Assembly (NCBI RefSeq): GCF_963921235.1
Contig: NC_086097.1
Coordinates: 251,660,001 to 251,724,000 of the forward strand
Direction of reading: 5' to 3'
Source of the DNA: Mobula hypostoma
Taxonomy: Eukaryota
Length of the DNA: 64,000 nucleotides
The notes under the pieces are model-generated. The model saw nothing but the letters and a program-made list of their open reading frames with translations, was not told the origin of the DNA and searched no databases. Both the position numbers and the translations under genes were made by a program. Below, one piece after another: positions 23,235 to 36,779 of this stretch (positions are counted from its first letter, which is position 1; every line of letters starts with the position of its first letter).

Positions 23235-23872
23235 AGGAGCATTACATCTAAAACTTTGACAAACTTCTATAGGCGTGCAGTGTATACTGACTGGCTGCAT
23301 CACAGCCTGGTATGGAAACACCAATGCTCTTGAAAGGAAAAGCCTACAAAAAGTAGTGGATACAACCCAGTCAATTATGGATAAAGCCCTCTCCATCATT
23401 GAGCACATCTACATGGAGCATTGTTGTAGGAAAGCAGCATCCATCATCAGGGACCTCCACCACCCAAGTCATGCTCTCTTCTCACTGCTGCCATCAGGAC
23501 GGTGCAGGAGCCTCAGGACCAACATCACCAGGTTCAGTAACAGTTATTACCCCTCAACCAGCAGCTTCTTGAACCAGAGGAGGTAACTTCACTTGCTCCA
23601 TCACTGAACTGTTCCCACAACCTAAGGACTCTACGTCTCATGTTCTCAGTATTTATTGCTTATGTTTTTTTATTATTATTCCTTTCTTTTTGTATTTGCA
23701 CAGTTTGTTGTCTTTTGCATGCTGGTTGAACGGCCAGGTTGGTGCAGTTGTCATTGATGCTGTTATGGTTGTTATTCTATAGATTTATTCAGTATGGCCA
23801 GAAGGAAATGAATCTCAGGATAGTATATGGTAACATGTATATACTTTGATAATAAATTTACTTTGAACTTTA
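23235..23872 (+). mobile_element. Rex1/Babar LINE 3' fragment
   Basis: ORF 23275-23586 ILTGCITAWYGN..LQKVV..HPSHALFSLLPSGR.RSLRT; (TTGAAC) tail. Similar pieces at about 31355-32220(-), 34820-35345(-), 38430-38865(-), 50915-51280(-), 61540-62030(+) and 63490-64000(+). Confidence 0.8.
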
Positions 23873-24924
23873 GTGTAACGTTATTACAGCATCAGATATA
23901 TTTCCCGCTGCTGTCTGAAAGGAGGTTGTAGGTTCTCCCTGTGACCTCATGAGTTTCCATCTCTCATTTTTGCTATTAGAATATAAACAGCAACAGCAGA
24001 CTGTGATTTAAATTTTTATGACACAGGTCTGAGGTCTGAACAGGTCCCGTTGTTCCATGAGCAAGGGGATGCTGCATTTCACTCTCAGAGCCTCTGCAAG
24101 GCACAGAGGTCAACGAGATGATGTTTCACAGAAGGTAATTACCTGAATGGGGACAAAGTCACTTTGATCCCAACAAACTGTAGCCCTGCAGGTTTGAGGC
24201 AACTCCTCAAGGAATAGGGTGCCTTTTGAGAAGAGAATTCAGTGACTGATTGATACTGGCCACTTCATTTGCTTCACCTACTGTCCCAAGATTAAGATTA
24301 GCTTTATTTGTCGTATGTACATCGAAACATCAAAAAGTGTCGTTTGCGACAACGGCCATCATAGTCCGAGGATGTGATGGGGGCAGCCTGCAAGTATCGC
24401 CAACATAGCATGTCCACAACTCACTATATAAGGCATCCGTTAGTCTTGCGAGACCATGGATCTGCACCTGGAAAGTCTTCACTCTCCAGGGCGCAGGCCT
24501 GGGCAAGGTTGTATGGAAGACCAGCAGTTGCCCGTGCTGCATGTCTCCCCTCTCCACGATATCAATGTTGTCCAAGGGAAGGGCATTAGGACAGCTTGGC
24601 ACCAGTGTCATCGCAGAGCAATGTGTGATTAAGTGCCTCGCTCAAGGACACAACACATTGCCTCGGCTGGGCTCGAACTCATGACCTTCAGGTCGCTAGT
24701 CCAATGCCTTAACCACTTGCCACGTGCCCACACACAACTCACTAACCCTAACACATACATCTTTGGAATATGGGTGAAAACTGGAGCATCAAGAGGAACC
24801 CAAAGTCACAGGAAGAACGTACAAACTCCGTACAGACAGTGGTGGGAATCGAACACCAATTGGTGATCACTGGCACTTTAAATCGATGGTGTTCACAGCT
24901 ACACTATTGTGCTGCATTCAAGGA

Positions 24925-25926
24925 CATTGACCAGTGGTGTTCCGCAGGGATCAGTTCTGGGACTCCTCTTTGTGATTTTTATGAATGGCCTGTATGAAGA
25001 AGCAGAAGGGTGGGTTAGTAAGTTTGCTGATGACACAAAAGTTGGTGGTGTTCTTGATAGTCTGCAGGGTTGTCAGGGGTTACAGCAGGACATCGATAGG
25101 ATGCAGAATTGGGCTGAGAAGTGGCAAATGGACTTCAATCCAGATAAGTGTGAAGTGCTTCATTTAGGTAGGTCAACTTTGAAGACAGGATAGAATATTA
25201 ATGGTAAGACTCTTGGCAGTGTGGAGGACTAGCGAGATCTTGGAGTCGATGTCCATAGAACACTCAAAGCTGTTGCGCAGGTTAACAGTGTTAAGAAGGT
25301 GTATGGTGTGTTGATCTTCATCAACTGTGAGATTGGGTTCAAGAGCCATGAGGCAGTGTTACAGTTAAACAAGATCTTGGTCAGACCCCACTTGGAGTAC
25401 TGTGTTCAGTTCTGGTCACCTCACTACAGGAAGGATGTGGATTCTATAGAGAGAGTGCACAGGAGACTTGCAAGGATGTTGCCTGGATTGGGGAGCATGC
25501 CTTATGAGAATAAGTGAGTGAACTTAGCCTTTTGTCCTTGGAGTGAAGGAGGATGAGAGGTGACCTGATAGAGGTGTATAAGATGATTAGAGGCATTGAT
25601 CGTGTGGATAGCCAGAGGCTTTTTCCCAGGGCTGAAATGGCTAACACAAGGGGGCATAGTTTTGAGGTGCTTGGAAGTAGGTACAAGGGGGATGTCAGAG
25701 GTAACTGAGTGGTGGGTGTGTGGAGTGCACTGCCAGCAAAGGTGGTAGAGTCAGATACAATAGGGTCTTTTAAGAGACTCTTAGATAGATACATGAAACT
25801 TAGAAAAATCGAGGGTTATGTGCTAGAGAAATTCTAGGCAGTTTTTAGAGTGGGCTACATGGTCAGCACAACATTGTGGGCCAAAGGGCCTGTAATGTGC
25901 TGTAGATTTCTATGTTCTATGTTCTA
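24925..25926 (+). mobile_element. 5'-truncated CR1 LINE
   Basis: [16 protein letters not shown] and RPHLEYCVQFWSP; (TTCTATG)n tail. Confidence 0.9.
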
Positions 25927-26429
25927 CATTAAAGGTAAATTGCTCCCACTGAGAAGAAAGATTTCTCCCCTTTGTGCAGTGCAGTTATTTTATAAATGAT
26001 GTGCGGTATCTCCTGGATTGTGTTACAGTGCCTCTGAGAATTCCCCCACAGTCATCTACTTGGGAGATCGAGAACAGCTACAAACTCTCGGCATGACCAC
26101 TGAGCAGCTCAGCTTTCAAACATAGGCCGCCTTACTGGCGTGAAACATCTGTGAAAACGTTGCTCCATCAATTCCCATTGAAAACTAGAGCTGACAAACG
26201 TAATGAACCAACCAGCAACAAAGCAAAAGAGAGAGGAAAAAACACTCACGGCGAATATTGACCTTCTTGAATAGCCTCTTAGACATTTACTGAATCTGGG
26301 CATTAAAATTAGTTCAGCCTGTCAACAGAGAAACTAATTTTAACGTCCAGCTTTTGTAAAAGAAACACTGATATTTGTGAAGAAATGTGACCAGTTCACT
26401 GGAGCAGAGAGATCTGAATTCCTAATCAT

Positions 26430-26790
26430 ACAACATAGAACACTACAGCACAGTACAAACCTTTTGGCCCACAATGTTGTGTCAACCTACTCTAAGATCA
26501 ATCTAAGCCTTCCCTCTTACATAACCCTCCATTTTTCTATCATCCATGTACCTATCTAAGAGTTTCTTAATTGCCTCTAGTGTATCTGCCGCTATCACTA
26601 CGCCTGGCAGGGTGTTCCACACACATACCACTTTCTGTGTAAAGAATTCACTTCTGACATCCTCCCCCCCCCCATACTTTACCCCAATCACCTTAAGATT
26701 AGCCATGTATTAGCCATTTCCACCCTGGGGAAAAGTCTCTGACTGTCCATTCGATCTATGCCTCTTATCTTCAACATCATCATGTCATCT
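26430..26790 (-). mobile_element. CR1 LINE 3' end
   Basis: ORF 26503-26706 FFTQKVVCVWNTLP. Similar short ends at about 29440-29800(-), 50360-50850(-), 53285-53525(+), 53865-54150(+), 54160-54785(-), 60385-60550(-) and 63085-63360(-). Confidence 0.75.
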
Positions 26791-27159
26791 GGAGGCTATT
26801 AGCTCAGCAGATGTTAGTGTCATGGTGATCATATATATTTATTGTGTCAAATGGTTTTCTAAACTGTATGTCATTCTAAGAAATGAAATGTGGATAGCTT
26901 GTGTTTAGAATGGCTAACAATTCAAATAACGGACAGTCTGTAGTTTGGCTGCTCAGTCTTTGTGAAGGCACGGTAAGTCCCTGATATAATCCCATGGGGA
27001 AAAGAAAGGATTAACCCCATAAACGTGGCTTTGATTGATGTATCTCATAGCGGCTGGCATGGTGGTATTAAAATAGTCCCGAGATCAATGTTTCCTCTGA
27101 TTTGTAATGACCAATGTGTGCAAAAAAAAAGGCGACGCAATGGGCAATCGCCTCTGATC

Positions 27160-28115
27160 TGGGCCGACACTTACGTGCTGGGCAGCACCTAATTAATTAG
27201 CTTGTTTATTTCGGCTTTTTTCTTAAAGATGTGCTGGGTGCGTCCCGGCTACCGCAGCACCGCTGCATTCTTCGCGGCCATTATCGGTCTGCGGCCCAGA
27301 TGTTGGGGATGGTGGGACGCTGGGGTGTCATCTCATTGTCGTCTGTTTCCATCAGGGCAGGCAGGTCATCTTCTTCTATGGCTGCCTGCCTCGATGTCGA
27401 AGGTCGAGGTTCGTCATCTGCTGTGGCTGATATAGAAGGCTTGAAAAATGACAGTATGCTTGACTGCTGAGTCTCGCGCATTTTTCTATCATACAGTTCT
27501 TTATAAGCACTCAAACCATCCTGCAAATATGCCCTAAACCTACGTACCCTTTCAAAATTAAAGTCGTACTTTTCTGCAATCATTGCAGCGAAAATCTCAC
27601 GCAGTTGCTTCACGTTCAGTTCCTGGACGACTTCAATTTCGGTCCGTTCGCTACTGCATTTGGTTTCGATTGTTATCCTTTCCTCTTCCAATTGCATCAG
27701 CTCTTCATCTATCAGTTCTTGGTCGTGGGACCGCCAAAACCTCTTCAACATCATCTTCATCAGCTTCCACAAGCCAAACTCACTTTGTCCTTACTTCGTT
27801 CACCATGATCGAAATGCTTAATTATGTCTAGTTTTACGCTAAGTGTAACACCCTTAACGAGCTCTTTTAGGCTTTTCCAATACTTTAGAACTCATCTTGC
27901 TAACGGATGCTCAAAATAAATCAACATAATGCACAGATGCTCACAGGCACGTGTTTAAGCAATGCAGTTCCGGGGGAGGAGCTTGGCTGCTCGGGGCGTG
28001 CGCTGCCTTTTTTCGTAACAGGGAAAACACCTGTTAGCAAAAACAGGTAACTAATGTAGGTCTTTTGTACAGCAAGGTTTCGTAAAGCGAACGTTCGAAA
28101 AGTGGGGGACACCTG
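27160..28115 (-). mobile_element. Tigger/pogo DNA transposon internal-deletion derivative
   Basis: One TIR (minus CAGGTGTCCCCCACTTTTCGAACGTTCGCTTTACG) ends at 28115 next to TA. An N-terminal HTH remnant MSSK..KRAR/KGVTLSVKLDIIKHFDHGERSKD (about 27790-27895) is joined directly to the acidic C-terminal tail SHDQELIDEELMQLEEE..QQSSILSFFK. No DDD domain or second TIR seen. Confidence 0.8.
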
Positions 28116-31100
28116 TATTTATTGTTTATTTATTTATTTATCGAATTTTCCACTGTTTATTGAACACCGATTTGATGTGGTTTTTCATTGATTCTATTAC
28201 CATTATTATTCTATTATGGTTTCACTGAGCATACCTGCAAGAAAATGGATCTCGTGTACTTTGATGTACTTTGATAATAAATTTACTTTGAACTTTCAAT
28301 AAACTGTTGAGAATTGTGAAAATTTTCCACCAAATTAAATTTACAAGGAGGAAGACCAATCTCTCAAGGTTTATTTAAAGTTTCTTTTTTTGCACATTTT
28401 TTAACCCGATGATCCTTACAGAGAAAGAACCCATTTCAATTTTCTGGCGAGGCATGTACTGATAGGCAATTATGGGAAGATGCTGAGGGGGGAACCGAGC
28501 TATGCTGTCAGCAGTGATATTAGTCAGCGTGGCATTTCTCAGGTGCCAGCACTGAGAATATGCCACAGATAATCACATGCCGGGTTCTGCAATCAAGCAA
28601 GTCAGCGGTAGAGAGCTTGCTCCAACAAGAGCATTTGTGATAGAGTTTCCACTCCATTTTATCAAGTGAGCAGAACAGAAGACTTTAGAGCATTAATCAG
28701 AATCAGATGTCGTGAAATTTGTTGGTTTGTGGCAGCAGTACAGTGAGGTACATTAAATATACTATAAATTATAATAGTAAAATATATAAATTATTATAAG
28801 AAGAAAAATATAAATTAAGTAGCAGCAGTGCAGTCACTCAATTCGAGTATGATGTTCTCCATAGTCATAGTCATAGTCATAGTCATACTTCATTGATCCC
28901 GGAGGAAATTGGTCCGAAGGGGTCCGAAGGCCCCTCCAGGATCTACAAAACCAGGATGTCTGGAGAATACCTGTGCATGACTTTGTTTAACATGGGGAGG
29001 CTGATGCTTGGGCAGCCCTGTCACAGCCTTTGACAGATCAGGTCAGGGCCCAGTGACGTGGAATACGAGACAATTGAGGACCTTTCATTGCTGCAGCTTT
29101 CCTCCACCTTCACCGCCGTTGTGGTGTGCCTGCTCCACCGTTGAGGTTTTATCTGGAATCCCCACCCCCCTGACCTTACCGCCATGGGTGACCTTATCCG
29201 AAGCTAAGTTCCAGACACCCTCACTCTCAGGATCTCAGAACTCACAAGCTCTTCCCTTCACGTATGTGAAGAATGTAGGAAATAAAGTCAATTCAATTCA
29301 ATACTACTACCATGATGTTGCTTGACGCATTTATATTGATGGAGTAGCCAACGCACAGCATTCCATTCAACCAATACTCAGCTCTGCCATCTTCAAACGC
29401 GAGATGCAAGCTGCAGATTACCCTGGACATAAAAATAAAACCATAAGACCATAACATATAGGAGCAGAATTAGGCCATTTGGCCCATTGAGTCTGCTCCA
29501 CCATTTCATCATGGCTGATCCAATTTCCCTCCAAGCCCCAATCTCCTGCCTTCTCCCCATATCCCTTCATGCCCTCACCAATCAAGAATCTATCAACCTC
29601 TGCTTTAAATATACCTGATGACTTGGCCTGTGACAACAAAGTTCACAGATCCACCACTCTTTGGCAAAAGAAATCCCAGCTCATTTCCATTCTAAAAGGA
29701 CACCCCTCTCTCCTGAGGTTGGGTCCTCTGGTCCTCGACTGTCCCACCATAGGAAACATCTTCTCCTCATGCACTCTATCTAGGCCTTTCAATATTCAAA
29801 AATCCATTATTTAGAAATGTTTTTCAACTGCACATAACAAGTGCTTTTAACCATTGAACACAGCAAGGTGTAAAGAACAGAATGTCATTAATTAATCACT
29901 GCCTGTGAATGAAATATTCTTGCAGTAGACTGCTGCACTGTTGCCAGTTTTCTCCCTCAGTCCAAAGGCCACCGGTTGGTAGGTCATTGTAAATTGTCTT
30001 GTGATTAAATTGGGATTGCTGGGTGGCACGGTTTGAAGAGCCTATCCTTAGATTATGAAGACACGCAGTCCTCTTTTATTGTCATTTAGTAATGCATGCA
30101 TTAAGAAATGATACAATATTTCCTCCAGTGTGATATCACAAAACACAGGACAGACCAAGACTGAAAAAACTGACAAAACCACGTAATTATAACATATAGT
30201 TACAACAGTGCAACAATACCATAACTTGATGAAGAAGTCCATGAGCACAGTAAAAAGTTCAAAGTCTCTCAAATGTCCCACATCTCACACAGACGGGAGA
30301 AGGAAGAAAAACTCTCCCTGCCATGCCCGACCACAATCCGTCTCTGAGTCATCCGAAAACTTCGAGCCTCCGAATCAGCTCTCTGACACCGAGTACTGAG
30401 CGCCATCTCTGTCCGAATGATTCGACCTCAAGCTTGGTCGCCAACAGCAGGCAAAGCCAGGGATTTTGAGGACTTCCCTCTGGAAGATTCCCGACCGCAC
30501 AGTAACGACAGCAGCAAACGAGTGTTTCAGAAATTTCTCCAGATGTTCCTCTGTGCTTTCACGTCCGTCTCCATCAAATCAGAATTGTCCACGGCCCCTA
30601 TTTAACAGATATGATATCATTTTTCACCAGAGGGCTGCGCACGTGCGGCGGGCTGCTCTCTCTCCTCCCGCCGTACCTCAATAAATAAAATAATTAGAAA
30701 ATTCAAAGATTAGCTTTATTTGTCACGCGTACATCGAAACATACAGTGTCAACAATCAACGCAGTCCAAGGATTTCCTGAGGGCAGGCCGCAAGTGTTGC
30801 CATGCTTCTGGTGCCAACGTAGCATGCCCAAAACTTACTAACCCTAACCTGTATGTCTTTTAGACTGTGGGAGGAAACTGGAGCACCCGGAGGAAACCAC
30901 ACGATCACAGGCAGAACGTACAAACTCCTAGGGACACCGGTGGGAATAGAATGGAAATTGCTGATCGCTGGTGCTGTAGAGCATTGTGACAATGGATGTG
31001 CTACTTGGCCGCACTTTCTCTGAAGACAGACTGGATTCCTGCTTTTTAACTTCCAACGAAATTCTAGCAGGTTGTACAAACGAGCAGCCACAAAGAGTGA

Positions 31101-33614
31101 AATATGAGAACGGGATGCTTCACAGATTCTGGTTTTTCAAACTTTGATAAAAGCCAAATGTGGACATTCAGAAGTTGATCGCATACCATCAAAGCATTTC
31201 ACAAACTGCCTAATAGATCAAAAGTACTTGCCATCAGCTCTCCATCATCTCAGGAATAATTTCCAGATGGATAAGATTCTTCCAAAGAAATTTGCTTCCA
31301 CCAAAAGTTTTGCATGTTTCATATATCCCTTCTTCAAAGAAAACCTCGGATTTCTCAAAGTTCAAACTTTGAAGTAAATTTATTATCAAAGTACATACAT
31401 GTCACCGTATACCACCCTGAGATTTGTTTTCTTGCAGGCATTCACATAAATACAAAGAAACACAATGGAATCAATGAAAAGCTGTACACATCAGGACTGA
31501 CAAACGACAAATATACAAAAGACAACAAACTGTGCAAATACAAAAAGAAAAAACTTAAACAAAATAATAATAATAAAATAAGCAATACATACTGAAAACA
31601 TGAGATGAAGAGTCTTTGCAAGTGAGTCCATGGGTTGTGAGAACAGTGTTGGGGTGAGTGACGTTATCCACACTGGTTCCGGAGCCTGATGTTTGAGGGG
31701 TAATAGCTGTTGCTGAGCCTGGTGATGTGGGTCCTGAGGCTCCTGTACCTCCTCCCTGATAGTTGAGGGGTAATAGCTGTTCCTGAGCCTGGTGATGTGG
31801 GTCCTGAGGTTCCTGAACCCCCCTCCTGAAGTGAGAAGAGAGAATGGCCTGGATCAGGGGTTCCCAACCTTTTTCATACCATGGAACCCTACCCTTAACC
31901 GAGAAGATCCGTGGACCACAGGCTGGGAACCCCTGGGAGTCTTTGATGATGGATGCTGCTTTCCAGCGGGCGTGTAGACGTGCTCATTGCTGGGCAAGGC
32001 TTTACCTGTGTTGGACCAGGCTGTATCCACCACTTTCTGTAGGATTTTCCTTTCAAGGGATTTGGTGTTCACAAATCAGCTTGTGATGCGACCAGTCAAT
32101 ATACTCTCCACCCTGTATCTATAGAAGTTTTGTCAAAACTTTAGATGACATGCCAAATCTTCGCAAACCTATAAGAAAGTAGAGGCGCTTCCATGCCTTC
32201 TTCATAATGACAGTTACATTTAGCATCTTCCCCATATTCAGGGTGTGCTGATGCATTTCTCAGCCAATGAAGGACTTTAGAATGTAAAATCAATGAAACA
32301 CAGGTCACGTGGCAACTTGCACATAATCAACAATGTGATCAATACAAAAGATAAGGACCAGAGAAGTTAAACAAATGTGTCATTTGTGTCTGTAGCGGCC
32401 AGTTCTAACAAATCAATTGCCATTGACCCAGCACGGATTGTTATACTTGTACGATGTGCCCCCCAGTCATTCCAATAATGATGTTCCAAATGTCACAGAT
32501 ATGTATTTCATCCTTTATTAGTAAATAGCAAATGTACAACCTTGAAGCGATGAAACTTGCGTACTTAAGGGTAAATTAAGCTGTAACAAAGTGGTCAATA
32601 AAAGATATGACATCCATCCATCCCCAGCCCCAAACTGCCCAAAACAAAGCATGAATACACAGCTTATTCCCTTTGCATTTGCCATGCCCCCCCACTAATG
32701 TGACTGGTTACCATGATAAATATGCACCACAGAATACAATGCAGATAGAGGACAAATACATGGCTCCTACAATGTCAACGGCCAACACAGTCCAAAGATG
32801 TGCTGAGTTCAGACCACAAGCGTCACCATGCTTCTGGCTCCAACATAGGGACGCTCATAACTTACTAACCCTAACCTGTACGTGCTTGGAATGTGGGAGG
32901 AAAACGCAGCATGAGATGGAAATGATCGTGGTCAGTGGAAGAACATACAAATTCCTTACAAACAGGTGCACGAATTGCTCTTAATCTCAATGGAAGTTCT
33001 CCATAAAGGGTTTCTGAACTTTGTGAGAATCAGAATCAGTTTTATTTTAACCACTGACACATGTTGGGAAATTTGTTGTTTTGCAGCAGCTGTAAATTCA
33101 TAGTCATAGTCATAGTCATACTTTATTGATCCCGGGGGAAATTGGTTTTCGTTACAGTTGCACCATAAATAATAAATAGTAATAGAACCATAAATAGTTA
33201 AATAGTAATTATATAATAATTACATTAAGTTCTTCTTCTTCTTCTTTGAGTTTTTACAGCAGTTGGCATCCACACTGTTGCATTACTGCCAATACATTAA
33301 GTTAAAATAAAAATAAATAAATCATGCGGGGAAGAGGCTGTTTTTGAATTGTTGAGTATGTGTCTTCAGGCATGTCCTGAGTGATGGATGCTGCCTTCAC
33401 GAGATACTGCATTTTGAAGATGAATCAATCATGGGGAGAGCCCTGCCTGTGATCGACTGGACTGTACCTACTACTTTCTGGAGTAGTTTCAAGTGGAATA
33501 CAGTATCACTGAGCAGTTGAGGAGAGATGGGTGTAAAAGTGACCTCAGCTTCTTTCTATACTGTCATGTACATTTCTTGCCAAAATTGTCATATTGCAAA
33601 TTAATTACTTCAGG

Positions 33615-34197
33615 CCTCCATGGGTCGTGGTTGACCATTGATGTTACGTCCTAGTTGTCTACATGATTCGCAAGCCAGGGCAGAACATAATGGAGAGTAA
33701 GCTGTTGCCCGTGCAGCAGGCTCCTCCTCTCCACGCAGCTGATGAATCCAAAGGACAGCAGAGACTGATACAGTTTGGCACCATGGTGTCGCAGGGGTTG
33801 CCAGTCAGTGCTGATGTCAATGTAGGACTGCCTTAGGGATTCTGGCTCCAGATATTTCTTTGGGTTTACTCCCGAAGTCTTCTTCTTGAGTGGCTATAGC
33901 TTCAAGGCAGTGGAAGTTTGAGATCAGAGTTTTCCTTCTCCAAGATGAGCTGCCAACCACAGCTGACGAGCCCCATCTGCCCAAAGCAACTGGTTTTAAG
34001 GTGCCAATAGCATGCCTTTCCCCTTTCTCCTGTCAGTAGAACCGGTTCCACTGGTTTTAGTAATAAGCCACATGTGAAGACTGAGAGCTGGACTTGGCTG
34101 TCAGAGGCTATTTAAGACGCACACCATCAGGAGCATTTAACGGGTATTAGGAGCTCATGTACATGAACTTCCCCAGCCATAACAACATTAAGGAACC
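33615..34197 (-). mobile_element. RTE-related non-autonomous retroposon
   Basis: Non-coding. Shares sequence with 58562-58935(+) and 11220-11310; its 3' part resembles the body of the SINE at 19538. Confidence 0.55.
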
Positions 34198-34644
34198 AAA
34201 TGAAACACTTGGCACTTTGTTAATGGGATCATTAAACAGAGAAGAATTAGGCCATTCGGCCCATCAGATCTGCTCTAACATTACATCGTGGCTGATTTAC
34301 TATCCCTCTCAACCCCATTTGCCTGCTTTCTCTCTGTAACCTTTGACGTCCTTACTAATCAAGAATCCTAATAGACCATAAGTCTTGTGCTACTGGCATT
34401 CTTTCATCTAGGGGCACAGAGTAAACTGTCAAATGGAGATGCTGAAGGTTGACTGTCTGGAGGAGTCCACATTTATCCGTGGGGTTTGTGAAATCTCTGT
34501 TCTATTAGATGCTCAGTTAGTGTTTCCTCAGTGTAATCTGTCTCCTCACACAGCCTGCCAGCACAGTACAGTGTAGTGGACAAGAGTGACCAGCACAGGT
34601 CTGTGCAGTGGTGACAGTGACTGGCACAGTACTGTGTAGTGGGT

Positions 34645-34810
34645 GACAATGGTCACCGCGGTGGAGAGTATCGGACAATGGTGATCACCACGGTGGAGAG
34701 TATCAGACAACGGTGGTCACTGCGGTGGAGAGTATCGGACAACGGTGACCACTGCGGTGGAGAGTATCGGACGACAGTGGTCACCGCAGTAGAGAGCATC
34801 GAACAATGGT
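34645..34810. repeat. 32-bp minisatellite, about 5 copies
   Basis: Unit GACAACGGTGGTCACTGCGGTGGAGAGTATCG repeated with variation. Confidence 0.88.
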
Positions 34811-36014
34811 GCAGACAATTCTGACTGAACCAGAATCTGGCACATGTTGGAAAATTTGTTGATATGTGGCAGCAATATATTGCAGTTCATAATAATGAAA
34901 ACTATAAACAACAAGAAATGCCATGTTTTAAAAAATTAAATTAAGTACATAGTGCAGAAAGAAAGTCAAAAAAGAAAAAAAAGCAGTGAGGCAGTCTTCA
35001 TGGGTTCATTGTCCATTCAGAAATTGGTTGGCAGAGGGGAAGCTGTTCCTGAAATGTTGAGTGTGTGCCTTCATTCCCCTATGCCTGCTTCTTTATGGTA
35101 GTCATGAGAAGAGGGCATGTCCTGAGTGGTGAGGGTCCTTAAAGTCAGATGCTGCCTTCTTGAGGCATCTCCATTTGAAGATGCCCTCGACACTGGGGAG
35201 GCTGGAGATGAATGAGTTTGCAACCCTCTGCAGCTTTTTCCGATCCTGTGGGTTGGAGCCTCCATCCCATACGGTGATGCAGCCCGTTAGAGTGCTCTCC
35301 ACAGTATATCCATGAAAATTTGCAAGAGTCTCTGGTGTGCACAGCACGGAGAAATGATTATAACAGGCAAGCAACTGGCCAAGGGTCGATGGCCATTTTC
35401 CATGCCTGCTTCCATCGCTGTAAACTTTAGCACCTGGTCACTTTAGACTCTGTATCATAAAAAGAATTGCAGTTCGATTAACATTTGAACTCTACAATTC
35501 CTGTGCCCCTCAACACCCCATGGATTTGATGTCTCTTACCCCTGTCGCGTTGTTTTTTTTATCTTGACATCTTTTGGACTTTTAAAAGTCAGTCATGGGA
35601 CTTCAGAGGGACATTAGCATGCAAAGATGTAATAACCATGACTGCGAAATGAAAACCTGTTTGTGCGTGCAGTTGAAAACCGATCCCTGTTGCTGACAGC
35701 AGCATTACCGTTAGAGAGTAGCATTTATTATTCAAAGTTAATGGAGTACTGGAGGGCAGGAACTTTATTAATGCACCGTGACTGCACTCCCTGTCTCACC
35801 CAGGCAACTACTGAGTTTGCTTCTTGTTCCGCTGAATTGCCAAACTTGTCGTTTCCTTGGTAATTTAGTTGTTATTAATTTGTCGAGTTTCTGTGGAACC
35901 AAAGATTAGAAAATAAAAAATATCAAGAATTTCTGATTTAAATGCACAATTATACTTTTTGGTTGATTGCATTCTTGGTTCTAATATCTTAAATATATGC
36001 AAATGTTAAACACT

Positions 36015-36500
36015 AGATTCTGCAGATGCTGGAAATCCAGAGTAACACACACAAAATGCTGGAGGAACTCAGCAGGTCAGGCAGCTTCTATGGAGAGGAA
36101 TAAGCAGTCAATGTTTTGGGCTGAGAACTTTCACCAGGAACTGATGAAGGATGTCTGCATTAATAATAAGTGCTGGTCAAGGGTCTCACCCCAAACGTCA
36201 TTGTTTATTCCTCTCCATAGATGCTGCCTGACCTGCTGAGTTCCTCCAGCATTTTGTATGAGTTAGGAGCAAATTTTCTTCTGCTATGCTTATGCTGTAG
36301 AATTGTTATTGAACCTTCCATCTGGTCAGTTTCAGTACTATGTCTTGTTTTCAGTATCATCCAGATTTTGTGCAGAGAGGCCCAACAATACGTGGCTGAT
36401 GTGAGGTCACCATCAGGCTAGAGGAGCAACACTTTACGTTCCATCTGCATGGCTTCCAATCCGATGGCATGAACATCAATTTCTCCTTCTAGTAAAATAA
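36015..36500. mobile_element. Penelope-like fragments: inverted termini plus GIY-YIG C-terminal remnant
   Basis: Arms about 36045-36135 and 36175-36262 are reverse complements. 36405-36495 encodes TIRLEEQHFTFHLHGFQSDGMNINFS. Confidence 0.7.
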
Positions 36501-36779
36501 TTTAAACCCCCCCCATTCCCCACTCTTGCCTTTTGGCTCTTGGAATTCCGTGCTGTAAGACTTCCGAGCTCTGCCAGTCACCCACGTCTCATCACATATG
36601 AAGCACTAGTAGTGTTATACTGTTTCCTTTTAAACTTGTGTTATAAATGCACCTTATTATTTGTTACTTTATTTGTGTGATATTACTATGTGTTGTGAGT
36701 GAGTTGTAGGTACCGTGTTGTGCTCCTTGGCTAGAGGAACATTGTTTTGTTTGGTGATACATGTTTATGGCTGATTAAT

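Noticed and set aside
31695..31830. 70-bp tandem duplication
   Set aside because: Local duplication inside a dead Rex1 fragment; no sign of function.
34645..34810. CRISPR-like array (32-bp repeats)
   Set aside because: Units are directly tandem with no unique spacers, the context is eukaryotic and there are no cas genes.
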